In this document: one piece after another, positions 40,501-50,517 of the stretch
Layout of the letters: every line of letters starts with the position of its first letter
Numbering within the stretch: the first letter of the stretch is position 1
Assembly (NCBI RefSeq): GCF_964355755.1
Contig: NC_092672.1
Location: 37,268,437 to 37,332,436, forward strand
DNA: 64,000 nt
Direction: 5' to 3'
Origin: Antedon mediterranea
Lineage: Eukaryota > Animalia > Echinodermata
Made by a program: the position numbers and the translations under genes
Notes under the pieces: model-generated
Database searches by the model: none
Told to the model about the DNA's origin: nothing
What the model saw: only the letters and a program-made list of their open reading frames with translations

Positions 40501-43500
40501 TTCAACAATTCAGAAAACTGATAAGTGGAGAAGATGCTGAATTAGAACAACACAGACACGAATTTTCCCAATTAAATGAAGAATTAAAGACTATGCTTCA
40601 AACACCCATTAGGATGCCCCAAGGAGATATACTCTCAATGAGAACTCACCTTGGACTAAGTGGCTCTAGAACAAGATTATTAAAAAGGTATATTTTATTA
40701 TTTAGACATTTATTTATTCTGAAATAAAACCAAATTATTATTTCAACCTATTATTCAATCTACTTCATTTAAAATAAGCATCCGTTCCAAACTATTATTT
40801 CTTCTATTTTTAGATGGTTAGCAAAGTACCGGGTCGTTTGTGAATGCGAAGCCAGTATTGGCTGTCAAGTTGATGAGATCATAGGCGACAATCTGACATC
40901 TGAGTATGTGCCATTGCTAGTGAAAGATACCAAGACAGATGAGTTGTTGCTCACAGATGTGCCATTAGTTGTAGTGAAAAACTTAAGAGTGAAAGTAACA
41001 CAATTGTTAGATGAGCTACAAAGGTATAAATACACACGTTTATCAAATGTTCTTTCTTTTTTTCATTAGATTTTTTTTTCAAAGCATTTGAAATATGAAC
41101 ACAATATTGTTTTATTATTGCTTTTAGTCTTGATATGCTTACTTGGCACAATGGTTTGATACCAGAAAATAAAATATGGATTAAACTAGGCGGAGACAAA
41201 GGAGGAGGAACTTACAAATTTATGCTGCAAATTGGCAATGTTGACCGGCCCAATTCTTTGAAAAATACAGTTACAATTTTGATATGGGAAGCAGGCGATT
41301 GCACCTACAATTTAAAAACAGGAATGGAGAGAATTAGGAACCAAGTTGAAGACCTCAAGACATTGGTGTGGAAGTAAGTAGTTTATATCATAACAGTTCT
41401 GACAATTTATAAAAGTATTTACTATTTATGATTTCACTATATGTTTTGATTTATTTTTATTTTATTTCAGTGGAGAAGAAATTGAATTATTTGCATTCAG
41501 CTACAGTACTATAAATACAAATGTCGTGTTTATGGATTGTCTGAAGCAAAGTGGTAAGTATGTATTTTTTATGTTTCATAATTCTGTACATAATATATAC
41601 CTCTTCCTTTATTTCAGTGGAAAAGAAATTGAATTGTTTGCTTTCGGGGATTACGAATATGAATGCCGTGTTTACGGATTATCCGGAGCAAGTGGTAAGT
41701 ACTGTAATTCTAATACACTGGAACCTAGTATTATATTAGGCAATATCTCATAAATAGTTTAATACTAAAAAAATGTATTTTTTATAGGACGACACTTTTG
41801 CTTATATTGCCTGAGTTCGAAGGGTAAAGTGGATTTAACAAAAAGATCTCTAGAATCTATGAAGAAAGATTTGGAAAGTTTTGCAAGCAATGGAAGCATG
41901 TTGAAAAATGCGAAGTTTCACAACAACGTAATAAGTTCACCAATACTTGACATTGACATTGATCATGTAAGTACTGTAAAGCTCATAGATTGATCAAACT
42001 GTTTGTTTGATAAGAGTTGATAAGTTGATGCTTTTTATATCAGAAAAATTATATATATAATTTCTGCCTTGTATGATTAATGTTTGAATAAATATACCAT
42101 CATCAGTTTTAAATAAAGAATGTTTCATTACAATTAGGTTTGTCCACCTGGACTGCATATTAGCTTAGGCCTTGGGTTGAAGCATTATCAAAGTTTAGAG
42201 GATGCATGCCACACACTCGATAAAAAGATGGCCCAACAAGCTGACGGCATCAATGCAAGCATTGCTCGTAAAGAGTACATTAAGGTACATTATAATTTCA
42301 TTTGTTGGTACCCTGTATACAGAGCATTCCATCCATGTTACTTACAATGACCCTTTTAACCCTATTTTTCAGTTAGTGGAACATAATGAATGTTTGCGTT
42401 ACCATTTAAATGAAAAGGAAAATCTGGAACAGGAGATAGGCCAAATGACTGATTATTTTAATGCTTTTAATTTACTTGGTCATGGAAATGATGATTGTGC
42501 AATTGAACTGATTACACAGATTAATCAGAAAAGGGAGAAATTAAATGCTCATGTAAGTATAAGAAATATTTTATTGTTATTATTGAACAAAGCAAATTGA
42601 ATGAGAAAACTATGTGAATTATGTCATGATTATTTTGTAGAATGAACATATTGAAGCCACGCCACCGTCTCCAACTTTTTTGAAGAGAACGGGTCCCATT
42701 TGTGAGGAGTTGGACAAACGCTTGATCAAAATGGGCATAACAAGGCAGGCATACTGGGGACAGTGTTTTGTTGGGAACCATATCCATAAATTGTACATGG
42801 TAGGTATAAAGCTGACGTTGATGACTTACAAATGTGGCATGGGCTGTTTCAGTTTTTTTTTAATAATTGCATTTTGAATAAACAATAAATTAAATCATTT
42901 CAGACAACAAATATTAAATATTTAATGGATGGAATAACCCACACTGTCCAAGCCATTTGTCCAACTCTTTTGAAGGAGGCTGAAGATGTAGCTGTGGCCT
43001 ACACAAAGTTATTTAATGCATTTGGAGCCTGCCACAGATTATACAATTCAGCAGAACAATTCGGGAATGCTGAAATTGATCAGTTGCGTATGTACAGTAC
43101 AGAAATCTTTGTTAAATTTTAAATAATTGCATATTTATTATTAAATAAATATTAAGCATTCAGAATATAAATGACAACTTTGCTTTTGTTACCTACAGAA
43201 CAAAATATATCAATCTATAAAGAGATTTTCGCCACATTCCATGAAACGCAGCCTCCAAAATTTCACATATTGTGCGAGCATATCATACCATGGATCAAGA
43301 AATGGGGGGTGGGATTAGGATTCCATGGCGAACAAGGTGGTGAGTCAATGCACGCAAGATTGAATGGCATCCAACGTGACTACCGTGGCAGAACAACAGA
43401 CAGATTAACCATTTTGCTGTCAGTGGTGAAAAATCACTGGGTTTCGTGCAGTCCATCAACTCTAAAGGCGATTCCTGAAAAGAAGGCCAATAAAAGGAAA

Positions 43501-46500
43501 ATTGAGGAATAATGTACTGGCACTGTTGTATCTTCACAGATTGTTGTATCTTCACAGGTTTTGAAGTTGATCTTAATAATGTTTTTTTAATGGATAGAGT
43601 ATAAAATTTGTAATAATACAGAAAACAAAAAATCTCATGTGCAATCTTTGTGCCCAACAACAAATTATTAAAGATGTATTGTCTTCCTGAAAAAAATAAT
43701 TATTAAAACATTTTTTGTTGAATATGCCATTTGAATGTCACCTAATAGTATCCACTTTGACCAAAAATTGGATCGAAAGAAAATGTATTTACCTAAAAAA
43801 CTGTAATTTAAAGCAAAAAATAGTCAAATTGGCTGCCAGCCAATAGGTTTTTGGTTGAATTTAACAATTTATTTTGCCATTTTATAAGTAATTATTAATC
43901 TTTATTTTTCATGTTTTTTGAGGACAATACATCTACTACTAAGTACTGTATTACGTTACTGGATTTAAGTAGGAACTTTAAGAACATTCTTTCTTTCTTG
44001 TCCAAATATGAAAGTAATGTGAATTAGTTTACAGATTTCCTATCTCTGTTGAAAGCTGAATGTACAACTAACTATTCAAATATTTTTCCAATCTTAGATT
44101 ATCAGTTACTGATAACAAATACCTCATTAGAAATAAATGTCGTCAATGTCATCGATCAAATTCTTTGATTTATTTGATGACCTATATCAATCATTTTGTT
44201 CTCTGTTATTTTGTTATATTATATTATATTTTAATAGTGTTAACAATTCTTATAAAACAGTCTATAAATCAATAAATTATGTTTAATTATTTTTAAAAAC
44301 TGGATTACATGCCATTCAATATATTTGATTAACAATAACAATGTTGTATAATTACTTACCTATTTGACAATGGTATAATCCACAACAACCAATCACATAG
44401 TGTAAATTGGATCGTTCCATTTGTTTTATTAGGGGTAAGTACAATTGCATTTTTAAAAATATATAATATACTTGCATCAAACACAATCGTAAACATATTT
44501 TAGTTTATAAAAAAAACACTCTATTACAGAAAATACTTTTAGAATGTGTGGTAACAATTTCCTCGCTGATAAGTATGTATTTACAGATAAGACATGCGAC
44601 TATTTAATGAGGTCGGCAGTATTCTGTTGATTGCGCAATCTTTAAAAAATGGCGTTTTAATTTGACAAACCGATAATTATAATTATAAATACTCAATTGC
44701 CATCTTCATTGTGTCGGATATAAGCAATATCAAGTTTCTTCTTGAAAAAATGAATGTTTATACAAATTGGTAAATGCTCATATTCCATGTAAATATCAGT
44801 AAAAGTTCACATTTTGCCCGGTTCCCATTCCGTATATTCAATTATTTCCCGGTTATGACCATGTGCAATCCATAGTGAAACTATCCATATTACCCATAAG
44901 ACCATAGTCCATTTTCAAAAAACTTCTAATAATTGGTATTATAAAAAATTAAATAACATACAAAAATTATGTTATTTTGTACCAAAAAAAACAGCAATAT
45001 TCAAACAATATTATTTTTGCTTTAAAATGTGTTCATAGTATTTTTTAAATGTTATTTAGAATGTTTATAAGTTAAAGTGTTGATGACAAGCCTAACAAAT
45101 TCGTTATTTTATTGTTATGCCAACCTCAAGTGACGAAAACAACGTGGGGAGAGAAACGGAAGTAACGGATTTTAAATGTCAACTGAATGTCAGTCACGTG
45201 CTCAATAGAGGGCGCAATTCAAAGAGATTACAGACTCTGTCTGCGCTTCGCATACTTCGCGGATACGATGTACGGTTAAGTAGATTACTAACTACGTACG
45301 GTTTAAGTATGATCTAACTCTACGGATTAAGTTACATTTGAAAAATAAATCAACATATTTGTTTCTTTTTTAGATTGCTTATAATGCAGGGATATCAATG
45401 ATGGCAAGTTTCTCCTTTTTAGCTGGGTTAACTGTCTTCTTTACCATTAACACAGTATTATTGCCGAAATACAAGTTTCCTTGGCCTGTACCAACTGATT
45501 TGGAAAATAGGATGCAAGTGGCTACAATGTATGGTGGTACTAATGCAAATGAGTTTAATGGTAAGCAGTTTAAAACATTAATATAAACAAGGCCAACAGC
45601 CATTAAGTCGCGTGCTACAATGCATAGTGATACCGGACCGACAGACAAACAGACCGACAGACAGACGGACCGACCGACATAGTGAACTATACTGACCGAA
45701 ATTACTGAACATGTTTAAAAATGTTGAAATGTTTAAAAACATTTATATTTTTTTAATTTACACGTGCGTAGCCTGTCACTTTTGATGTGCTCGTATAACG
45801 TAATTTCGAGTTGAAAAGTAAGTCAAGAAAACAGAAATCGGGCAAAAAGAGTGCGCAATAACATTTAACGCGCAGTGCGCGCGCAAAAATCTGCGCACTC
45901 ATGGCAATTTTGTAAACGCTTAAAATTGCCTGAAACGTACTCTTATTTCATCGAAAATAAATTTTGAAAATTTTAAGCGCGCGTACGCATGCGTTACATG
46001 CGCTACGCACGTAATTGTATTGCCATATGATGATTTATGCCCTGAAATTTATGAGTACCAAATTTTATTTAATTGTGATTCATGGTTGTTAAGATATGAT
46101 TACAAACGTGATTTCGTTAAATCGTGCGTAGACCGCGTAATTTTTTATTGCGCACCGTGAAAACATAACCACATCGATTCCTGGCCATAAGGAATATTCT
46201 GTGAAAAATTGACTTAGCTAGATTAAACTGATATCAAGATAAGGTCATAAAGCGATAAAAAGCATAGTGATACCGGACCGACAGACAGACAGACAGACCG
46301 ACAGACAGACCGACCGACCGACATAGTGAACTATAGAGTCGCTTCCACGCGAAGCGACTAAAAAGACTAAATGGGTCTTTCTATACTAAACACAATCCAT
46401 TTGTTTTCTTGTTAGCTTCGGGAAGTGATCCAGCCACTATTTCTAAAAACGACACATTATGGGTGGATGTTAATTACAAGACACGTTTAAGTTGTCTCTC

Positions 46501-49500
46501 TTCTCCGATGTATTTATTATTTTTGATGTGGTTCTCAATTATTCAACTTATACATCTGTTTTATTTGGGAACTGTAAATCCAAGATTACAGCAACTTACA
46601 GGCGACTCTACTGAAGCAAGTATGTTTTCTTAGTCCTAAACTGTGACAGTATTTATACAGTAATTATACGACAAACTAAGTACTGATAAGTACTGGCTGC
46701 CAGAGGCGCTTGACAGTGTTACTCCCATTCTGCTTTTAAAATCTTGCTTTTTGGGTTTTAAGTACACATTTTGAGAGTGATTTTACTACCAATATTGTTA
46801 TCAGCACTTACAACTATTGTATTGTATATTCTTTTTTCTTATTTTTATCAGCTAAACTGGATTTAGAAAAGATTTTTTTATAGCTATAGCTAGGCCCTAT
46901 CTAGCTGTGTGCATGCTATTATTATTATTGTGCTAGCTTATAAAAGAAAGAAAGAATATTAACAAAAGCATAGTTACCTACAAAGAAGAGGAGATCAAGG
47001 CTATGCAGAAAGCAATTAAGATAAGGGTGAAGGAACTACGGAATGAATATTTGTATGAAGAAGCAAGCAAGTTAAATGAAGCCCACCAAAATAGAAAAAT
47101 ATTTGATTTATGGAGAAAAGCTAAGGAGCACGGTGATGTTATAAGAAAAGCACCAAAGCCTATAAAATGTCCTGGATTACGTGAACACTTTAAAGATCAC
47201 TTTAATCCAGACCAATCTAGCCTTAAAATCCCAGATGAAATTAGCACACCTCCAGAATATATTATCAACCTGAGACAACCAGAATTTGAGATGGACAATG
47301 AACCTCCGTCCAAGAAAGAAATTATTGATGCAATCGGACATCTAAAAGGTCGCAAAGCTACCCTAGATGTCGCTTCTGAAATGTTGCAAGTCGCCACAGA
47401 GAACCCAGTATTCGTCGACCATGTACATAGACTGTTTGAGGAAATTTGGAGAACGAAAGAAGTACCAAGTGATTGGGGACTGTCCAAATTAACAACCATT
47501 TGGAAAAAAAAAGGCAGTCCACTTGATCCATCAATGTATAGAGGAATATCAATTGGGTCTACATTTTCAAAGATACTTATGGTTATCATTCTTTCACGTT
47601 TTTCCATCTTTTATGAAAGTCAACTTCTACGCACACAGTTTGGATTCAGGTCCAACAGAGGGTGCAATGATGCTATATATGTAATCAAGCAGATCCAGGA
47701 AATTGCGTATCGCTCAAATCGCAAACTCTATACATGCTTCATTGATTTAACAGCAGCATTCGACCATGTGAATCGTAATCTTCTTTTCCTAAGCGTTCGT
47801 AATAGGTTTCACTTAAACCAGTCTACTACTATGATTGACATTATACAATCACTGTACAGCTCAACGAAAGCATACCTTGCTGACGACGATCCGAGTGATG
47901 ATAAGTTCGAAACATCTTCTGGGGTGCGACAGGGTGGTATTGAGAGTACCAGCATGTTTAACCAATATTTTGATTACGTTATTAGAGTGTTCAAACAACG
48001 CTGTAAAGATGCTAGTTTGGATGGCCTAATGATACAATACCTAATTCCTATTGAAGCTACAAATCGTGCTCAAAGATGTAAAGCACCATCAAGGGGCATC
48101 TATGACGACTTTGAAAGTGGCTATGCTGACGACTTTGCTGTAAGCTCCTGGTCACAAGAAGAACTGCAAACCATTGTGAACATCTTGAATAAAGTATGTC
48201 TGGAATTTGGCCTAAGAATTAGTGCCCCCAAAACAGAAACCATTATATGGAACTGGAAAGAGGAAGTTGAAGAATACCCAAGATGCATCATACAAATTGG
48301 CGGCGTACACATTAACAACGTAACACACTTTAGATACCTTGGTGTATGGGCTACCTACAATGATGTTCATATTGGAGATCAAGAAGTAAAATACAGAATC
48401 AATTCAGCCAAAGGAGCATTTGCAGAGAATAGGGCATTGCTTACCAACAGAACGATCCACCTACAAACAAGAATGATGTTTCTTAATGGTCTAGTTAGGA
48501 GTAGACTCACCTATGGTTGCCATGCTTGGAGGGCAACAGGAAGTGAAATGTCCAAACTTAGCACAACATACAAAACCTTCCTAAGAAGAATGCTAGTGAA
48601 TGGCTTTCAAAGAGTCTGCCCACCAAACCATGTAGACATATCCTCAGATGCTGAAACAGATGAAAACTATATAGACTGGCGTTACGTAATTGATAATGAC
48701 GATCTCTACAAAATTACTGGCTGTCAACCGCTAGAAGAATATGTCTACAAGCAACAATTCAACTGGATCGGACATGTAATTAGAAAAGAAAATGAAGATC
48801 CTACAAAAATTCTTACTTTTCACACAACACAAAGTAAACGAAGAGGTCGGAAGATACCATCAGTACTTGATAGAGTTGTACAACAAAGTCAACTTACTAG
48901 ATGCAACTTCATTAGAGCCTGCTTCAACAGAAATTTATAATTCCCAGCAATGTTTTAACTGTATATATGAACTGTTTTATAAGTTGTTTTGTGACTGTGT
49001 AATTTGGTAGTAGTCACTCTCATACTACTGTAGGCCTACATTTAAAAGTAACACATCCAAATGCCAACTTCAAGTCAATGGCTACCAGATGTCTCTGTGA
49101 GACGGTTATTTGAACCAGTACCAGTACCAGTACGAAGATGTTTTTTATAGAAGTATGTTGCAATTTTTACATTGTTAGATTTAAGAATAAAACTTCGTTC
49201 TAAGTTTGCTGAGGTAGATAAAAGTGAGTCTAGCTCTTTGTATATTGTTGCTAAAATTAATTTAAATCTTTTCTTTTTCTAGTTTCAACATACAGTAGCA
49301 TTTACACAGTTTTATATTCTACTATCATTGCATTTGCGTGGTTATGTGGAGCAGTTGTTGACAGAAATAAGATCAAAGTATCTAAAGTTAGAAATAACGA
49401 TTCTAACAACCAAAGTATGTTTTGAGTTTTGTGTGTTTTTTTAGGTGTAAGTGTATTTCAGATTTGATCTGAACAATGTGCGCTATATACAGAACTATTA

Positions 49501-50517
49501 TAACTACTACTACTGCCACTCACATTTCTTCTTTATATTGTGGAACAATTTAAAGAACATTATGAGTTTCGTATTTCCGAAGACCCAAAACTGTCGACAT
49601 CGAGGAAGCACACCCTCCTAGGCCTAATGTCTACACATGCGCACAATGATCATTACGAAAATAAAAGCTATTATATATATTCCTTTTTTCAACAGTCCAC
49701 AGAATACGTTCTCATTTTGATGATCTTCAAGATTTTATTCCGGCACTTATTATAACCAATCTAGTGACGGCGTTTTTCAATGTCTGTTCGATGATACCAA
49801 TTCTAAAACTTCAAATATTAACATTTATCCTGCAAGTAATGGGAAGGACATTTCTCTATGTCATTATAGCAGCTTTTCTTGCATTAGCGTAAGTTAACAA
49901 TCGGTTATGTCTGCGTTTCCAATTCAACTTCAGTTACATTTTTTTTATCTTAGGGGTGGGGAGGAGGGGGGGCGGGGTGGTGAAGTGGTTATACCATAGA
50001 CCTAATAGTGAACAGAAACAGACATTCCACATCATTTCACCAACATGCATATTGCGTAATTTACTGTCTTTTCTGGAAAATTATTATCAGGTGACATACT
50101 TCCTTCAGCTACTTTGCAAGAATTTTTTTTTCAAATCGTTTTCAAATTTTGTTTCCTATACTTTTAGATTTCCTGCTAAATATTGTGGTTCGGTTTTTGG
50201 CATTTGTAGCTTCGTTTCAGCATGGATTAGTCTTTTGCAGTATCCACTATTAAAAATGGTTCAAAATGTATTTGATGACAACTTTTTATATGTAAGTGGT
50301 TTAATGTATAAATCCTACACTTTCTTGTTTAAATTGAATATAAAATTTGACGTCATATCTTTTTATGTTGTTTTTATGTTAATAATAATATAATGTGTTG
50401 AAAATTACTTTTTAGATTGATTTATTGCTCATATTGCTGAACGTATGCAGTCTCTCTCTACCTGTGTATGTTCATTACTTTGTGCTTAAGAAGAAAAGAC
50501 CAAAAGTAGAATTTTAG
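37536..50517 (+). CDS. SLC43A3: SLC43A3-like transporter, copy 3; exons 37536-37876, 38221-38344, 38555-38647, 45374-45560, 46416-46619, 49283-49414, 49696-49888, 50168-50291, 50416-50517
   Basis: All nine exons are present with intact GT-AG sites and phases. Introns 3, 4 and 5 are expanded by three independent insertions absent from copy 4. Confidence 0.85.
38797..38863 (+). promoter_or_regulatory. Candidate transposase promoter and non-coding first exon
   Basis: TATAAATA at 38797-38804, donor AAC|GTAAGT at 38863/38864, and a poly-T/GCAG acceptor at 39329 just before the ATG at 39334. Confidence 0.45.
39334..43512 (+). CDS. RAG1-like/Chapaev transposase, 926 aa; coding exons 39334-39598, 39691-40238, 40332-40415, 40500-40687, 40814-41023, 41128-41373, 41618-41694, 41788-41966, 42138-42284, 42373-42552, 42641-42799, 42904-43087, 43199-43512
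   Basis: Manual splicing gives 2781 nt with no internal stop. N-terminal motifs: H-x7-CRVCG...PSSFCNLC...WPPH-x4-CNIC (Chapa / RAG1 N-terminal Zn motif); GGRPKKKKR; C3HC4 RING C-x2-C-x11-C-x-H-x2-C-x2-C-x12-C-x2-C; VKCKKC..H finger. Core motifs: IKLGGDKGGG (D, 41195), FGDYE (D, 41649), GLSGASGRHFCLYC, PPGLHISLG, FVGNH, PKFHILCEH and GEQGGESMH (E, 43342). Confidence 0.9.
41471..41553 (+). other. Tandem duplicate of transposase exon 7: open, same phase, lacking the catalytic Asp
   Basis: TTTATTTCAG|TGGAGAAGAAATTGAA...AAGTG|GTAAGT parallels TTTATTTCAG|TGGAAAAGAAATTGAA...AAGTG|GTAAGT at 41618-41694. Lengths 83 vs 77 nt. Confidence 0.85.
43672..43934. mobile_element. Kolobok-like MITE nested inside the Chapaev element
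   Basis: TTAA|AGATGTATTGTC...GGACAATACATCT; alignable by eye along its length to 59831-60156. The right TTAA is missing. Confidence 0.75.
45586..46362 (-). mobile_element. Helentron/DINE-1-like (HINE) non-autonomous rolling-circle element in intron 4 of copy 3
   Basis: On the minus strand it starts TTTTAGTCGC...GCGACTCTATAG (short inverted repeat), has a (GTCT/GTCG)n microsatellite, and ends GCGACTTAATGGCTGTTGGCCTTGTT. Inserted in a T/A run with no clear TSD. The empty site ATATAAACAAGACTAAAT is in copy 4 (~52966-52983). Confidence 0.65.
46679..49110 (+). mobile_element. RTE-clade non-LTR retrotransposon insertion in intron 5 of copy 3
   Basis: Contains the RT ORF and ends in a (CCAGTA)3 tail. 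The flanks rejoin to the copy 4 sequence AAACTACGAAGATGTTT (~53284). Confidence 0.85.
47003..48940 (+). CDS. Reverse transcriptase ORF (RTE-like, 645 aa, no APE endonuclease visible)
   Basis: YRGISIGS, QFGFRSNRGC, FIDLTAAFDHV, GVRQG, YADD, GLRISAPKT, FRYLG, LTYGCHAW and C-terminal WIGHVIR...RRGR, typical of RTE ORFs. Confidence 0.9.
   Translation: MQKAIKIRVKELRNEYLYEEASKLNEAHQNRKIFDLWRKAKEHGDVIRKAPKPIKCPGLREHFKDHFNPDQSSLKIPDEISTPPEYIINLRQPEFEMDNEPPSKKEIIDAIGHLKGRKATLDVASEMLQVATENPVFVDHVHRLFEEIWRTKEVPSDWGLSKLTTIWKKKGSPLDPSMYRGISIGSTFSKILMVIILSRFSIFYESQLLRTQFGFRSNRGCNDAIYVIKQIQEIAYRSNRKLYTCFIDLTAAFDHVNRNLLFLSVRNRFHLNQSTTMIDIIQSLYSSTKAYLADDDPSDDKFETSSGVRQGGIESTSMFNQYFDYVIRVFKQRCKDASLDGLMIQYLIPIEATNRAQRCKAPSRGIYDDFESGYADDFAVSSWSQEELQTIVNILNKVCLEFGLRISAPKTETIIWNWKEEVEEYPRCIIQIGGVHINNVTHFRYLGVWATYNDVHIGDQEVKYRINSAKGAFAENRALLTNRTIHLQTRMMFLNGLVRSRLTYGCHAWRATGSEMSKLSTTYKTFLRRMLVNGFQRVCPPNHVDISSDAETDENYIDWRYVIDNDDLYKITGCQPLEEYVYKQQFNWIGHVIRKENEDPTKILTFHTTQSKRRGRKIPSVLDRVVQQSQLTRCNFIRACFNRNL

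Larger units (their letters stand above)
38687..45270 (+). mobile_element. Autonomous-looking Chapaev-type (RAG1-related) DNA transposon, ~6.6 kb
   Basis: Left end CACGTATCCGCG (38687-38698); right end CGCGGATACG(ATG) (45258-45270). A second inverted motif, GCGCCCTC, lies at 38721-38728 / 45208-45215. The flanks rejoin to the short intron 3 of the paralogs (GTGTACAT...TACGGTTAAG). The right terminus and TSD are imperfect, so that boundary is uncertain by ~3 bp. Confidence 0.88.

Noticed and set aside
39334-43512. Naming the gene RAG1 (domesticated recombinase)
   Set aside because: It lies within inverted termini at an insertion absent from paralogs, and its core motifs differ from RAG1 (CDGMG, YDEK, EGNESGNK).
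44693-44905. Selenoprotein reading of the in-frame TGA
   Set aside because: No recognisable selenoprotein motif or SECIS element; decay or chance is simpler.
43513-45200. RAG2-like gene (complete ProtoRAG-type RAG1L-RAG2L transposon)
   Set aside because: No kelch-like or PHD motifs and no adequate open frame on the minus strand. Only ~1.3 kb remains after removing the nested MITE.
47197-48318. Antisense ORFs within the RT gene (and similar ones in 21885-23545)
   Set aside because: Shadow frames of the LINE coding strand with no independent motifs.
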